Shown in pieces: positions 13,391 through 24,532 of a DNA stretch of 64,000 bases (positions are counted from its first letter, which is position 1; each line of letters starts with the position of its first letter). Under the pieces are notes generated by a model. That model did no database searches. It was not told where the DNA came from and saw only the letters and a program-made list of their open reading frames with translations. Source of the stretch: Antedon mediterranea. Taxonomy: Eukaryota > Animalia > Echinodermata. The position numbers were made by a program, and so were the translations under genes. The stretch spans positions 12,147,812-12,211,811 of the forward strand of contig NC_092675.1 of assembly GCF_964355755.1 (NCBI RefSeq). The letters run 5' to 3'.

Positions 13391-14964
13391 AAAAACGGAA
13401 AAACTGCTCATTTAAATCAAATAAATTCAGTAATCAACATGAAAACAATGTGAATGCATCATCAATTGATAATAATAATAAATTATTATCATTTATGACC
13501 GTATCGGAAGTATGTTCATCTGGGACTTCCCCCGACATTTGCATTGAACGCAACAAAAAAAGATGTATCTGTTGTTAGTCGCCGCGTGCTTATAGGCTTA
13601 GGCTATGCTCACTTTGCTGTTTGCTAGCTAGCGCGCTAATAAAGTGTCATTTCCGGCGAACTAGAAAGGTGCCATTTATCATGGATTTTGCGTGCGAGAG
13701 TACCATTTCCGGCCATCTAAGTGTGTCCTGTAACAAAACTGTGGCTCAAATACTCAATGTCTGATGTGCCCTTTTTATCGGCGGAACCCCCCTTTGAAAA
13801 ATGTCTGGATCCGCCCCAGTGTATATGGTACAGCAGGCTGGCTGTAATATTAAGATTGATGGCCTAGCCTAGGCAAATCTGTGAAGAGTACAATGTATAG
13901 GGCCTAGCTGGCATCTTCTGCAGGGACCCGATTGTCCCAGTCTGCCTGGTACTATGCATGTATTATTCTAGGCCTAGCCCTGAAAAAATCCCAGGCTAAG
14001 TTAATTAATTAACCTTCCTGTTATTACAAATGTCTGTCTAGTTTGCGTTATATATATTATTATATTTAAAATAACCGTCTAGGTCTACTTACCGACAAAT
14101 TAACAGCTCAGCTTTACACGATCAGGGGAAACCGCAGTCGAGTCGCGTCAATCTCTGTACAACAAACGGACATGCATCTATCTACATGTTTGTTGTTATT
14201 AGACCAGATCTCAGCTGTGTGGATGCTCATTAACATATCATACATATTTATGAGTTAGCTCTACCGGCCTAATTTTTGAGCTGACGAGTTAGGAAAAATG
14301 ATTATTATGAACTTATTTTGCTTTTTCTAAGTGAAATTAATAATTTTTTCGGATTTTTTTTCAGCGAAAGTGAACAACTTTATTATAACTACAAAATGGT
14401 CTATTAAAAATTTGATCTTCATTCTTCATGTTTTGGGGGATAATATATCTTTAAGAATAATGTTCATAAGAACTACAATTCAAAAAGAAAACATCAAACT
14501 TCCAGCTCAGGAATGGCAGTTTTGGTAAAGAAGAAACTATTTTAACAAGACCACCCAAGAAGTACTTTTAGCAGAAACAGGTAGGTCAAATTACAGTATA
14601 ATAAAATATACCCTATTTTTTACCTTATTTTGAGTCATTTGCAGCAGAAACAGGCCCTATATTATAAGAGATAGAGAGGGAATGTGTGCGCTTTTTGGTT
14701 GTACAACTTTTTGCTACTGTTTTATGGGTTTTCCTAAATACCAAGCCTAACTAAGTCCTATCAATTATAACCAGGGCCCTACCATTATTTATAAAGTAAA
14801 TTATATAAAATAGGATATACTTAGAAATCCAAAGGCAAATTACTGAAAAAAATGAAAATGCTGTGGGTATCAGTGGCTGGATCTCACTGGAGATCTCAAT
14901 GGAGATACCAAATAAAATAAGGAAAAAGCTAAATCAAAACGATAAAGTAAAACAGCCAGAAAAA

Positions 14965-15008
14965 TTATCAGAGCTTTCGGGCAACACTAGCCCTTCATCA
15001 GTGCAAGA
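14965..15008 (-). ncRNA. Candidate minimal type I hammerhead ribozyme motif (Penelope-like element type)
   Basis: Minus strand reads CUGAUGA-A-GGGC-uaguguu-GCCC-GAAA-GCUC: both core boxes, 4-bp stem II, palindromic AGCU stem III; stem I pairing is poor. Confidence 0.5.
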
Positions 15009-15351
15009 GTACTTAGACAAAGTAGATAGTATAAGCAGACAAGTGGTGCCTGAGTGGACTGGAATAAAAGAGTGGAAAACAAAGAAGATAGCTTGTTAGA
15101 TATAAACAATTTTGGAATGGATCTAAAAACCAACTCAAAAGGTGGTTAATATTGAAACCTAAATTTAAGTAGTCAATGGAATAATTTTACCACTCTGGGT
15201 GTATGTTGATAATTGCATTTTCCTTGTTTTGCAATTTACCTACAAATAAATAATTTGTTTTTCAAATATTCAGAAATATATCAGAATCATCAAAAGGAAC
15301 TATAGTGCGAAATATTATATATATTTTTAGAAATATTTATGCAAAATGTAC

Positions 15352-15561
15352 AGATATCTCTATTTAAAACTAAGATATCTTAGTTTTAAACAGAGATATC
15401 TTAGTTTTTAATAGATATCTTAGTTTTAAATAGAGATATCTCTATTTAAAACTATGATATCTCTATTTAAAACTATGATATCTCTATTTAAAACTAAAAT
15501 ATCTCTATTAAAAACTAAGATATCTTTATTGCTTGAATAAATGACAATTTGGCGCGCCATA
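15352..15561. repeat. 21-bp AGATATCT-bounded array with mixed orientation plus MITE-like terminus
   Basis: Units TCTATTTAAAACTAA or reverse complement TTAGTTTTAAATAGA between GATATC sites; ends TTTGGCGCGCCATA (reverse match to TATGGCGGGCCAAA at ~17293). Confidence 0.85.
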
Positions 15562-15641
15562 CAAATGCAATGAGCTTTGGTGGTTAATTCAAACATTACT
15601 GCAGTGTAGTTGACTCAAGGTCAGCGGCTATCAATCAAATA

Positions 15642-15829
15642 CTGTATATTTCGGTGTATAAGTCGCAGTTTTGACACGCAAATTTGACCTCTAAATTAAG
15701 GGTGCGTCTTACTTATACACCGAACATAAATGCCTCACCACACATATCGTCACCTCGTTGGCTAGGCCTGAGTAGGCTAGATATTTTACTCTCAGTACAC
15801 AGGTGCGACTTATACACCGAAATATACGG
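15642..15829 (+). mobile_element. Tc2-like MITE, 188-bp internal-deletion derivative
   Basis: Both TIRs retained (CTGTATATTTCGGTGTATAAGTCGCA / TGCGACTTATACACCGAAATATACGG) with TA flanks. Confidence 0.85.
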
Positions 15830-16834
15830 TAACCACTATTTTGCATTGCAGCTAGTCAGTTAAGTGGCATTCAAACACTAAATCAATTTAATGTTTTTAA
15901 CCATTATTTTCAGGCTGTTTTTGAAGAAATTGTGCTTAATTTATTCACACAATTAAAACTGGTTATATTTTTCGCAGCAGAAAAAGGACCTAAGAAAAAA
16001 AGGATTATGACACTTTTCTTTAATTACAATGGATCTGCCTTTGTGCGGATAACCAATTATTTCAAAAGTTTAAAATGCGTATATCTAAAGAATCACTAGA
16101 GCAGGTGCATCTAAAACATAATTGAATGATTGATGTTTAAACACAAAGTAATTAGCACAGAGGAGCTTCTGCTTCACAAACTGTCGCAGCATTTCTCTAG
16201 TCATACATAGAGAAAAAAATATTATTTAAAAGTTCAATGTGAAGGTCAGCATTCCCTATTAATAATTGACAAAGTGTGTCAATTTGAGTTGATAAGATTT
16301 CAATATATAAAGATGTCAAAATTAAATCCTTAGACAAACTACTGTGGTTGACAACTTGTTTTATTCATGTCGTTTACCATGCCATTCCGCAACCATTGTT
16401 TCCGATACTGAAACTTTTTATCAATTATACACTGATCTACAGTATATGTGAAATGTTCTCAGTTTTGTAGAATCTACAACACTGATTACATTTTACATCT
16501 ACAGTTTTTCCTACAGTATGTTGATGCGTGCGTACACACAATTGGGAATCGAAGACGGGGCAGTGCTTTTGACGCATAGTTCGTTGTTAATTTTCAAGTG
16601 AAAAATCCCTGTTTAGGACGTGGATTAAATAACCTACCAACTGGTTCTACGACGCTCTTTTTCTGTAGTTTGCAAAGGAGTGTGTAACTTGACTGAAAAA
16701 CTGCGAACTTTGATGTACCGGTGTTGGGAAATGAACATTAGAAAGAACAATATAAACCGGTCCATCCCAAATTACGCTCATAGCGATGTTTTTCAGGCCC
16801 TAGCCCGGGGAAATCTGTATGGTTCGGGGAACCC

Positions 16835-17136
16835 CTTGACATTAGCATTGAACGCAAATTTCTTTACCGGCGGAAAAAGTAAGATACGCTCGTTTTGCCA
16901 ATTGCGAGCATGCTATTATTAGTGTCATTTCCGGCCAACTAGAGATGTCATTTATCATGATTTTTATGTGCGAGAATACAATTTCCAGCCATCTTGGGGT
17001 GTCATTTAATAAACTTCGCTTTGCCACAGGCCCCACCATGTGGAGTTTGCTGTAAGCTCAAATATGCAATGCTTGGTCGCGAGAATTTTCAAAATAGGAT
17101 AATGGACCGCCGTCAAAAAAGGTTGCGGAATGCTGG
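16835..17136 (+). mobile_element. hAT-like 3' terminal fragment
   Basis: 16835-17000 resembles 13533-13725 of the hAT-like element; ends AAAAAAGGTTGCGGAATGCTG, similar to hAT/Charlie-type termini. Confidence 0.5.
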
Positions 17137-17194
17137 TTTAGCAGGTCAGTTAGGTTAAACAATATTATAGTAAAATGTTGATTTTGCAAATTAA

Positions 17195-18125
17195 ATATAC
17201 TATTGCTGCTTGTAGTGTTTGGTTGTTAACTCGTTGGCTTACTGTTATAGTTCCAAGTCGATGTTCGATTCAATGTTTTTTGTGTGCGTACATATGGCGG
17301 GCCAAACATTTAATCATTAACAAGATATCTTAGTTTTAAATAGAGATATCTTAGTTTTAAATAGAGATACAGTATGTTAGTTTTAAATAGAGGTATCTTA
17401 GTTTTAAATAGAGATATCTTAGTTTTAAATATAGATATCTTTAGTTTTAAATAGAGATATCTTAGTTTTAAATAGAGATATTTTAGTTAATCGACTACCT
17501 ACTTCAATTTTGTCGGTAATCACTAGTTTTAAAATTGATGTTAATTTATGTTATTAAATACCATAATTTTACAGAAGTTTAGGTTTAGGATTAAACAAGA
17601 AATATTTTTTACAAAAAACGCTGCTCGCCTTTTTTGACGTGGCAGTTTTAATTATTAACTGGAAAATTATTACTTTTATGTTGTACCAAAAAAATACATA
17701 CTCAATTGGTATAAATACCTTTAGTTTGTGTATGTATTTTTTGTTTAACGAAAAGTAATAATTTTCCAGTTAATTATATTCGGAACCAGATGAATTTATT
17801 TAATAGTTTTAATTATTGTTCTTTCGTCATTAAATTAGCCTATATCAATCAATTAATTGAATCAAACAATCTACTTTTATTTCAGAACAAAGTCCATGGC
17901 TTACTGATGTATAGAACAAAAGTATAATTTTAGACTAAACTATTGTACTTTGCATATTCCGGTGTAGGGGCGTTACTCCTTAATGTCGTAGTGACCTACA
18001 GACCCCAACATTCTTGTAAACAAAATGTCTAATTTCCCAAAACTTTCGTTATACAGCTGCCGACACTATATAACTTTGACCTTGTAGTATCGTGTACGCA
18101 TAAAAAACATTGAACATCGACTGGG
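17195..18125 (+). mobile_element. Terminus-less relative of the core of the 52125-54842 foldback, with 21-bp array (17322-17488)
   Basis: 17305-17970 colinear with 53110-53770; flanked by partial ~120-bp units in opposite orientations. Confidence 0.8.
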
Positions 18126-18499
18126 AATTAGATGTACATAAGGCCAAATAAAAAAACATACTTGTTAAGCGTCACATCCTCATGAATTTTAAGGGAAGGG
18201 AGGGCAGTTTTTTTTTTTTTTTTAACCTTTTATGGAGGTATATTTTTGCGCGATGGACCACTTTTTTTTTAGGACGAAATGTCAAACAAAATTGACTATG
18301 TATAAAATATTATTGCCGATGACAAAACTGAATTTATATTTTTTATATTCAGACGTAATTAAAACATTAAATTTAATTGCCACCAAGCGAAATTGTAGGG
18401 CCTAATTCGCCTCACTCATCGGCCATGGTCTCTCGCTCGACTCATCTATCAAGGAAATTCCCTAAAAAACTGACAGAAAGAAAGAAGAAAAACAGAGAA

Positions 18500-18745
18500 C
18501 TAGATTTCAACTCGTCACTTTAACCGCACAAAACGCAACATGCAAATACGTTAAACTACAATTATTATGCCATCCTACAACATGAATTAAATATGTTTAC
18601 AGTGCTTAAAATGGATATGAAACAATATCAAAATATCAACAAAAATAATTTTGTATGAATGCTTTACATATGAAATAACACCACACCAAAAATTAGGTTT
18701 AAATACCTTGTAAAACTTGAGAAATAAATAAGTTAAAATTCAGTG
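18500..18745 (-). mobile_element. HINE 3' fragment
   Basis: CTAGATTTCAACTCGTCACTTT is the reverse complement of the HINE terminus. Confidence 0.6.
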
Positions 18746-20419
18746 TAAAACCATCGAAAGATGGCCGACCAACCATCATGCCATCTTGGATTTTATTAAC
18801 GTTCTAAACAAACGTACGCGGAATCTTCCGATTAATTTAAAATGCCCGCTTTTGCATCCACGGCAGCAGCTGTTTCGTGATTGGTTAAGAATGCCCAACT
18901 ACAGCCAATGAGCTTCTTTCAAAGCGGACAGGAAGCGAACGTAAACAACACACGTCATACATCACACACACGATACACACATGTCAAGCCGATTCTAGGC
19001 TAGGCCGGCCGACCGAGAGTGTTTACATTTTCTCCGAAGATGAAAAGTTGGTTTTAAAGCCTCATTTACAGTTTTACCTAATGAAGTTTTTTGCATAAAA
19101 CCTAATATGATATAAGCCCAATTGAAGGACAATGGTAGTAGTAGACGGCAAAAGACGAGAGCACCTCTTGAATGGACCTTGAATGATGATGGATTGCCTT
19201 GAATATCACGCATCGTGCATTAAACTAAAAAGGTGGACAATTTGTACCTGATGAAAAAAAAACCGGGTAAGCTCTACTTTTTTATTCGTGACTCTAAATA
19301 ATGGCCATCATATAAACTGTAGTACAGTATTATTAAATATATGAATTATATTATTTATTTAATTTAACCTTTTGTTTACTAAAGGGAGTTGAAGCATTAA
19401 CACTGTTTAACACTGTTATTTCAAAGTTGGGAACGTCCATAATTATTACGGAATTTTGGCCCAATATTACGGACATGGGAAATGAAGATATACCTTCGCA
19501 TAATGCACAAGCAATCTAAACAGTCAGAAATTCATTCTGAGCATGTTCACAAACATAATTATCTACATATATATCTGTGCGCGGTATTGTTGACTGCTGG
19601 TTAATTGTACGCTGCGGTCTGTCAATTTACATATAAAAAGTTTATGGTTCTCTTATTTGTTTTCATGATGGCCGACCGAAACTGGCCGTGCATCCATATC
19701 AACATGAAAATATCAATCCTCGCGCACGATGCCTTGTGGATTTACATCGGGCCGATTAAATGATTAGAATCAATATATTTTTCACATTTTGAACAGTTTA
19801 AAGACGAAAAAAGTTATCGAAATAGGATCATATAGTATTTATTTTTACATAAAATGTAGTTTGTGACCTTAAATTAGGTTGAAAACACTTAGGTCGTAGG
19901 GCTTTAACACATTGTTACAGTAATAAACTAACTTATTTTAAACTTGAATTAAGGTGTATAGCTATATTATTTATATACAAAATTTAAACTTTCTAGAAAA
20001 TGGTGTGATGAATGTAAAAACTATATGTACAGCTGTACTAAGTATAAAAAAAGCTTTCCATCGATACCAAACACAATGGTATTTATAAGTTGTCGAAATT
20101 TGACCTTTGACCTCATTTTGGTCACATGACATAATGTAATTGCAATTATCTTTGTTGCTAAGCATTTTAGGGTATGGGTGTAATGGCAATAAATGATCAG
20201 TATTGTATTCCCTTTCCAATGATACCACACATGATCAGTTTTGTTAAAGTTAGTCCGCCATCTTGAAAATCAAAATGGCGGCCACTTGCCATGGTCGAAA
20301 AAAATGGCACCAAAGTTTTTCTTGTTCAGAGAAAAATTCGGAGTCAGAAAAACGTTGGTGCCGACAATTAACATCAAAAGCCTATAAGTGCCTTTTTTTC
20401 GACATAAGCTCCTGGACTA

Positions 20420-23400
20420 ATAGTATTAGTTGCTAACGTTTTCCATCTTCCGACATTACGCTTTCCACAATTTGTTTCCATTTTTTTCTGTTTATGGCAG
20501 GATGGTTTGTTATTGTGTTAGTGTCTACTAGTCCTTGTAAGTCTTTCTTTATTTGATTCATCCAGTTATTTCTTGGTCTTCCTACGGGTCGTTTTACTTT
20601 CCTGTTAGTTTCCTTCATTGTTTGTTTGATTGGGGTATCATCCGGTAATCTAATTATGTGTCCATACCATTTTAGTCTCCTTCGTTTAATTCTTTTACTC
20701 CATTCTTCTTGTTTTGTTATCTCGTATATTTTCGTGTTACACACTCTATCTGTTAATTTAATATCTATCATCTTTCGCAACATTTTCCTGTGATATATAT
20801 CTATACTCTCTTGTAATTTTTTGTTTACCGTAGTACCCAGAGTTCACTGTTATATAAGAAAATACTTGCTATGTATGCGTCAAACAAACGGGATTTCACG
20901 TCTATAGACATCGTTTTGTGTTCTAGCGACGACTTCAGCTTGTTATATGCCATAGCTGCTAGTGATTTTCTTCTTTTAATGTCTTTTTCTGTGTCCAAGT
21001 TACTACCGAGGTATTTGCATTCTTCCCATTTACTATCGGTGTTTCTTCCTATTAGGTATTCTTCTGTTTTACTTTCGTTTATCTTTAGATTGAATTCTGC
21101 TAATTTCTCTTGTACATTTTTCTTTATTTTAGTTATGTGTTCTTTTGAGTCGCTAATAAATGAAATGTCATCTGCATACTGCATCTGGATATTAAGCTGT
21201 TGTAGGGGTAGTGGTGTTGTGTTTGCTGATTCGAGTGCCTTTGCTAGGTATAGTGTGAACAGTATCGGAGACATACAGTCACCTTGTGGTACTCCTAGTG
21301 TAGTAGTAAACAATTTTCCTGTCTGCTTTCCAATTCGAACGCTTAATTTTACATTGTTTATCAAAAATGTGTAGTTCATCATCTTGTAATATATGTGTCA
21401 GTATGTCGAATAGAGTATTCCTCCGCACAGTGTCAAATGCACTGGTCATGTCAAGTAGTAGTAATATTATTTCGTAGTTAGATGACGCAATTGCCTTTTC
21501 TGCTAACATTTTGCATGTATGTACATGTTCGGTAGTGCTTCGTCCTCTGCGATACGCGGCCTGTGTTACAGGGACATGTTCATCTAATCTGTCGTAAGAA
21601 CCGACAGTAGGATGATGGGTCGGATGTTTTTTGGTGGACCTTTTTTCTTGCCTGGTTTCGGTATTGGATGCAATATGCCTTCGTTGATTTCTTTAGGTAT
21701 GTTTCCTGTTTTAGCTGTTTGGTTATATATTTCTGCTATGTGGTTAAAAACTTCTATAGGTGCATATTTTACCATTTCAGAGTATACTTGGTCACTTCCT
21801 GGGCTTTTATTATTTTTTAAGCATTTCGCTGCTTTGGCAACTTCATCACTTGTAAAGGGAGACTTCATTTCAATAGGTTTAATGTTTTCGTTTAAAGGTT
21901 TTTCTTGTGATTTGTGATAGAAGTTTTCAAAGAAATTGCTAATTATTTCTACCTGCTCTTCTTCGTTTGTTGTTATACCGAACTCTGTTTCTACCACAAG
22001 TCTTTTATTTTCGTTACGTTTTAGGTTTTTTACTGCTTGGTACATTCTTGTTGAGTCATCTTTGAATTTTTCAATTTCAGCTATCTTTTCTTTTAGTGTG
22101 TCTTCTTTTTCTTTATTAAGTTCAGTATGAATATTCTTTATGATTTGATTTCTTTCTTTCCTAAGTTTTGTTTTCTTTGATTTGTCATTTGATGAATTTA
22201 TGTCGCACCTCAACTGTTTCTGCTTCTTCGATAACTCTTGTATATATTTATTGTTTGATTTAGACTTTGCTTTCCTGTAACCAACCACTTCCAATGCTAC
22301 ATTCTGAAAGACTGTCGTTAATTTGGTCCATTTCTCTTGTGGTTCCAGGTCCTGGATGTTTACAGATTGTATACATCTCGATACCTCTCTTTGATATGTT
22401 TGTCTGTTTTGTTGTGCTTGAAGTTTTGACACATCTATTTGTTTGGTTTTCTTAGCGTTACTATTTAATTTATACCATTGTAGTGTTAAATAATAATAAA
22501 TAACATTTATAAAGCGAAAGAGACAAAGGTTTCAAAGCGCTGTGTTTTCCAAGATCTGTGCAAGTAGTAGCGTGTGATTATGCTTCTCTGAAGAGATGAG
22601 TTTTGAGTTTAGTTTTAAATGTGATAACAGATTTTGATGAGCGTATTTCGAGGGGTAGAGTGTTCCAGAGTTTTGGGGCTGCGACAGCGAAAGCACGATC
22701 ACCGTAAAACCGAGTTCTGGAACGGGGTCCAGGTTTTAGAAGAAGTCTGCTGGATGAACGAAGCGAAGAGTTGGTTGACGGAGTAATGATGTCACATATG
22801 TAGGCTGGAGCACATCCATTGATGGCCTTATATGTCAGCAACAGGATTTTAAAACGAATGCGCTGATCTACAGGCAACCAGTGTAAGTCACGTAAAACTG
22901 GAGAAATATGTTCATGTCGTTTAGTGCCAGTGATAAGTCTTGCGGCGGAATTTTGGATTCATTAAAGAGGAGACAGATAAGAAGCCGTACAGAAGCGAGT
23001 TATTACAGTCCAGACGAGATGAAACAAAAGCATTAAATTAAAGTTGTCTTGACTAATCTATGATCAGTGTATGTTCTCGTACCACTGTATGCTCTTGCGT
23101 TAGTGACTAGCTTCATGTGTGAATTCTTAACTAGAATGTAATCGATCTGGTTTCTGTAGGGGTTGCGTCTGATCTCTCCACTCTTCTGATCGTTATGCTG
23201 ATCGCGTCTCTGCGGGCATTCCCACGTAGTCCTATGTGACATCTTATGTATAAACATGGTATTTGTTAGTACTAGATTATTTCTTAGTGCACATTCAACT
23301 AGCTGTGTTCCATTATTGTTCGTTTTTCCTTTACCATATCTTCCTACACATTGTGGGTAATCATGATGGCTGTCCCCCGTTTTTGCATTCATATCTCCAG

Positions 23401-23863
23401 CTAATATTAGGATATCTCTGTTTTTTGCTTCATTTAATGCTTCTTGTACTTCGTCATAGAACCTATCTCTATCCCAAGGTTGTTGTTCACTATGTTCTAA
23501 AGTAGGTGCATATGCGCATACGAAAAGTACATTCCTGGGTTTTGGCCTACGCCTCGACCCAGGCTTACCTCCTCTACTTTCTATGTTGATTCGGGCTGTA
23601 ATTACTCTCTCCGATATTTCCTTAAATTCTGCTTTAAAACTGCTCTCAACTAGAATTCCAACGCCATGTCTTGTGTTGTTTGCGGGTCCAGTGTAGAAGA
23701 AATCATATCTGCCTTTGTTATCGTCGGGCCTGATTTGAATGACATCGCTACCCGCCAGGTGGTGCGATTGGACCCCGAGAATGTCAAGCTTGTATTTAGC
23801 TGCATCGCTGGCTAGTTCTCGTTTCTGAAAATCGCTTCTAATACCGCGAACATTTAAACTTAA
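20420..23863 (-). mobile_element. RTE/RTE-X-type LINE, near full-length APE endonuclease + reverse transcriptase ORF, disrupted
   Basis: APE motifs LNVRG, DILGVQ, GVGI, AYAPT, AGDMNAK, NQIDYI, TDHRLV; RT motifs KSPGSD, RPIILLS, LLDMTSAFDTV, GVPQGDCMSPILF, QYADD, KYLGS; C-terminal RRLKWYGHIIR..RPVGRPR..W typical of RTE-group; frameshifts/stops near 21584, 21380, 20825. Confidence 0.93.
22491..23037 (-). mobile_element. 5'-truncated L2-clade LINE inserted in the RTE element
   Basis: Translates NAFVSSRLDCNNSLLYG..LHWLPVDQRIRFKILLLTYKA..YGDRAFAVAAPKLWNTLP..FKTKLKTHLF; (TTA)n tail; TTAAA duplicated at 22486-22490 and 23038-23042. Confidence 0.92.
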
Positions 23864-23889
23864 TTAATAAATAAAAAACTCGTTTTATG

Positions 23890-24100
23890 ACACAGATAGA
23901 GTTAAATCTTCTGACAAAGTTATACAATCCAGAAACAAGAATTAGAGATACTGTACGCTGCGAACAAAATTATTGGAAAGAAGAATACAACAACAAAAAA
24001 AAGATGATGATGAAACAGGACAGTTCCTAGGAGCGGATAACTAATAAAAAGAAAAGAAACAGGACAGTTACAAAGAGTTATCCGCTAACTAATAATAATA
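23890..24100 (-). mobile_element. HINE 5' fragments (two stacked heads)
   Basis: GCGGATAACTAA at ~24033 and GAGTTATCCGCTAACTAA at ~24075 with A-rich microsatellite; reverse complement of heads at 55177 and 27287. Confidence 0.65.
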
Positions 24101-24250
24101 AAGATTTCATACAAATACAATAACTAAATGATCACCTAATCAGAATCTGTAGCATAATATACTGTAAGGTACTAAAATAGGTAGGGCAGGGCAGGGCAGG
24201 GCAGGGATTTGGTATGAATCGTCTAAAAATTCACTAATATTTAGAAGTTA

Positions 24251-24532
24251 GGCTGTGTTCGGATGTAAAATCAGTTACATGTGTAACTTTACATGTGTAA
24301 TCTGTGATTGTTCGGACGATGACAAATTTACACGTGTAAACTCATATTTCATGCATCTCTTTACACTATTAAGGTCAAATTGCTCCTTATCTTGCGGTTA
24401 ATCAGCTTGCGGTTTAAGGTGTAATTGAAAATTCCACCTCATAAAGTGGATTTTTGAAACAGCAAGTTTATCTCAAAATTTACACCACACGCGACCATTA
24501 CACGTGTAAAGTTGTTCTGTCCGAACGGGCTC
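24251..24532. mobile_element. Decayed Harbinger-like MITE
   Basis: GGCTGTGTTCGGAT vs GTCCGAACGGGCTC imperfect TIR; internal TTACA(C/T)GTGTAA palindromes x4. Confidence 0.5.

Larger units (their letters stand above)
9333..13819 (+). mobile_element. hAT-like non-autonomous element with 5-bp TSD (hAT5-like), carrying foreign 3.5-kb cargo
   Basis: Perfect 15-bp TIR CTGGGGCGGATCCAG / CTGGATCCGCCCCAG; TGTAT at 9328-9332 and 13820-13824; basic RKERGRKRKQQDLAEQAKHYVKL stretch (ORF 9562..9852) resembles hAT transposase N-termini (inference). Confidence 0.8.

Noticed and set aside
18139-19300. Possible Zator-like element starting GGCCAAATAAAAAAA
   Set aside because: No matching opposite terminus or TSD found.
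20871-22455. Plus-strand ORFs of 62-167 aa
   Set aside because: Antisense shadows of the RTE reading frame.
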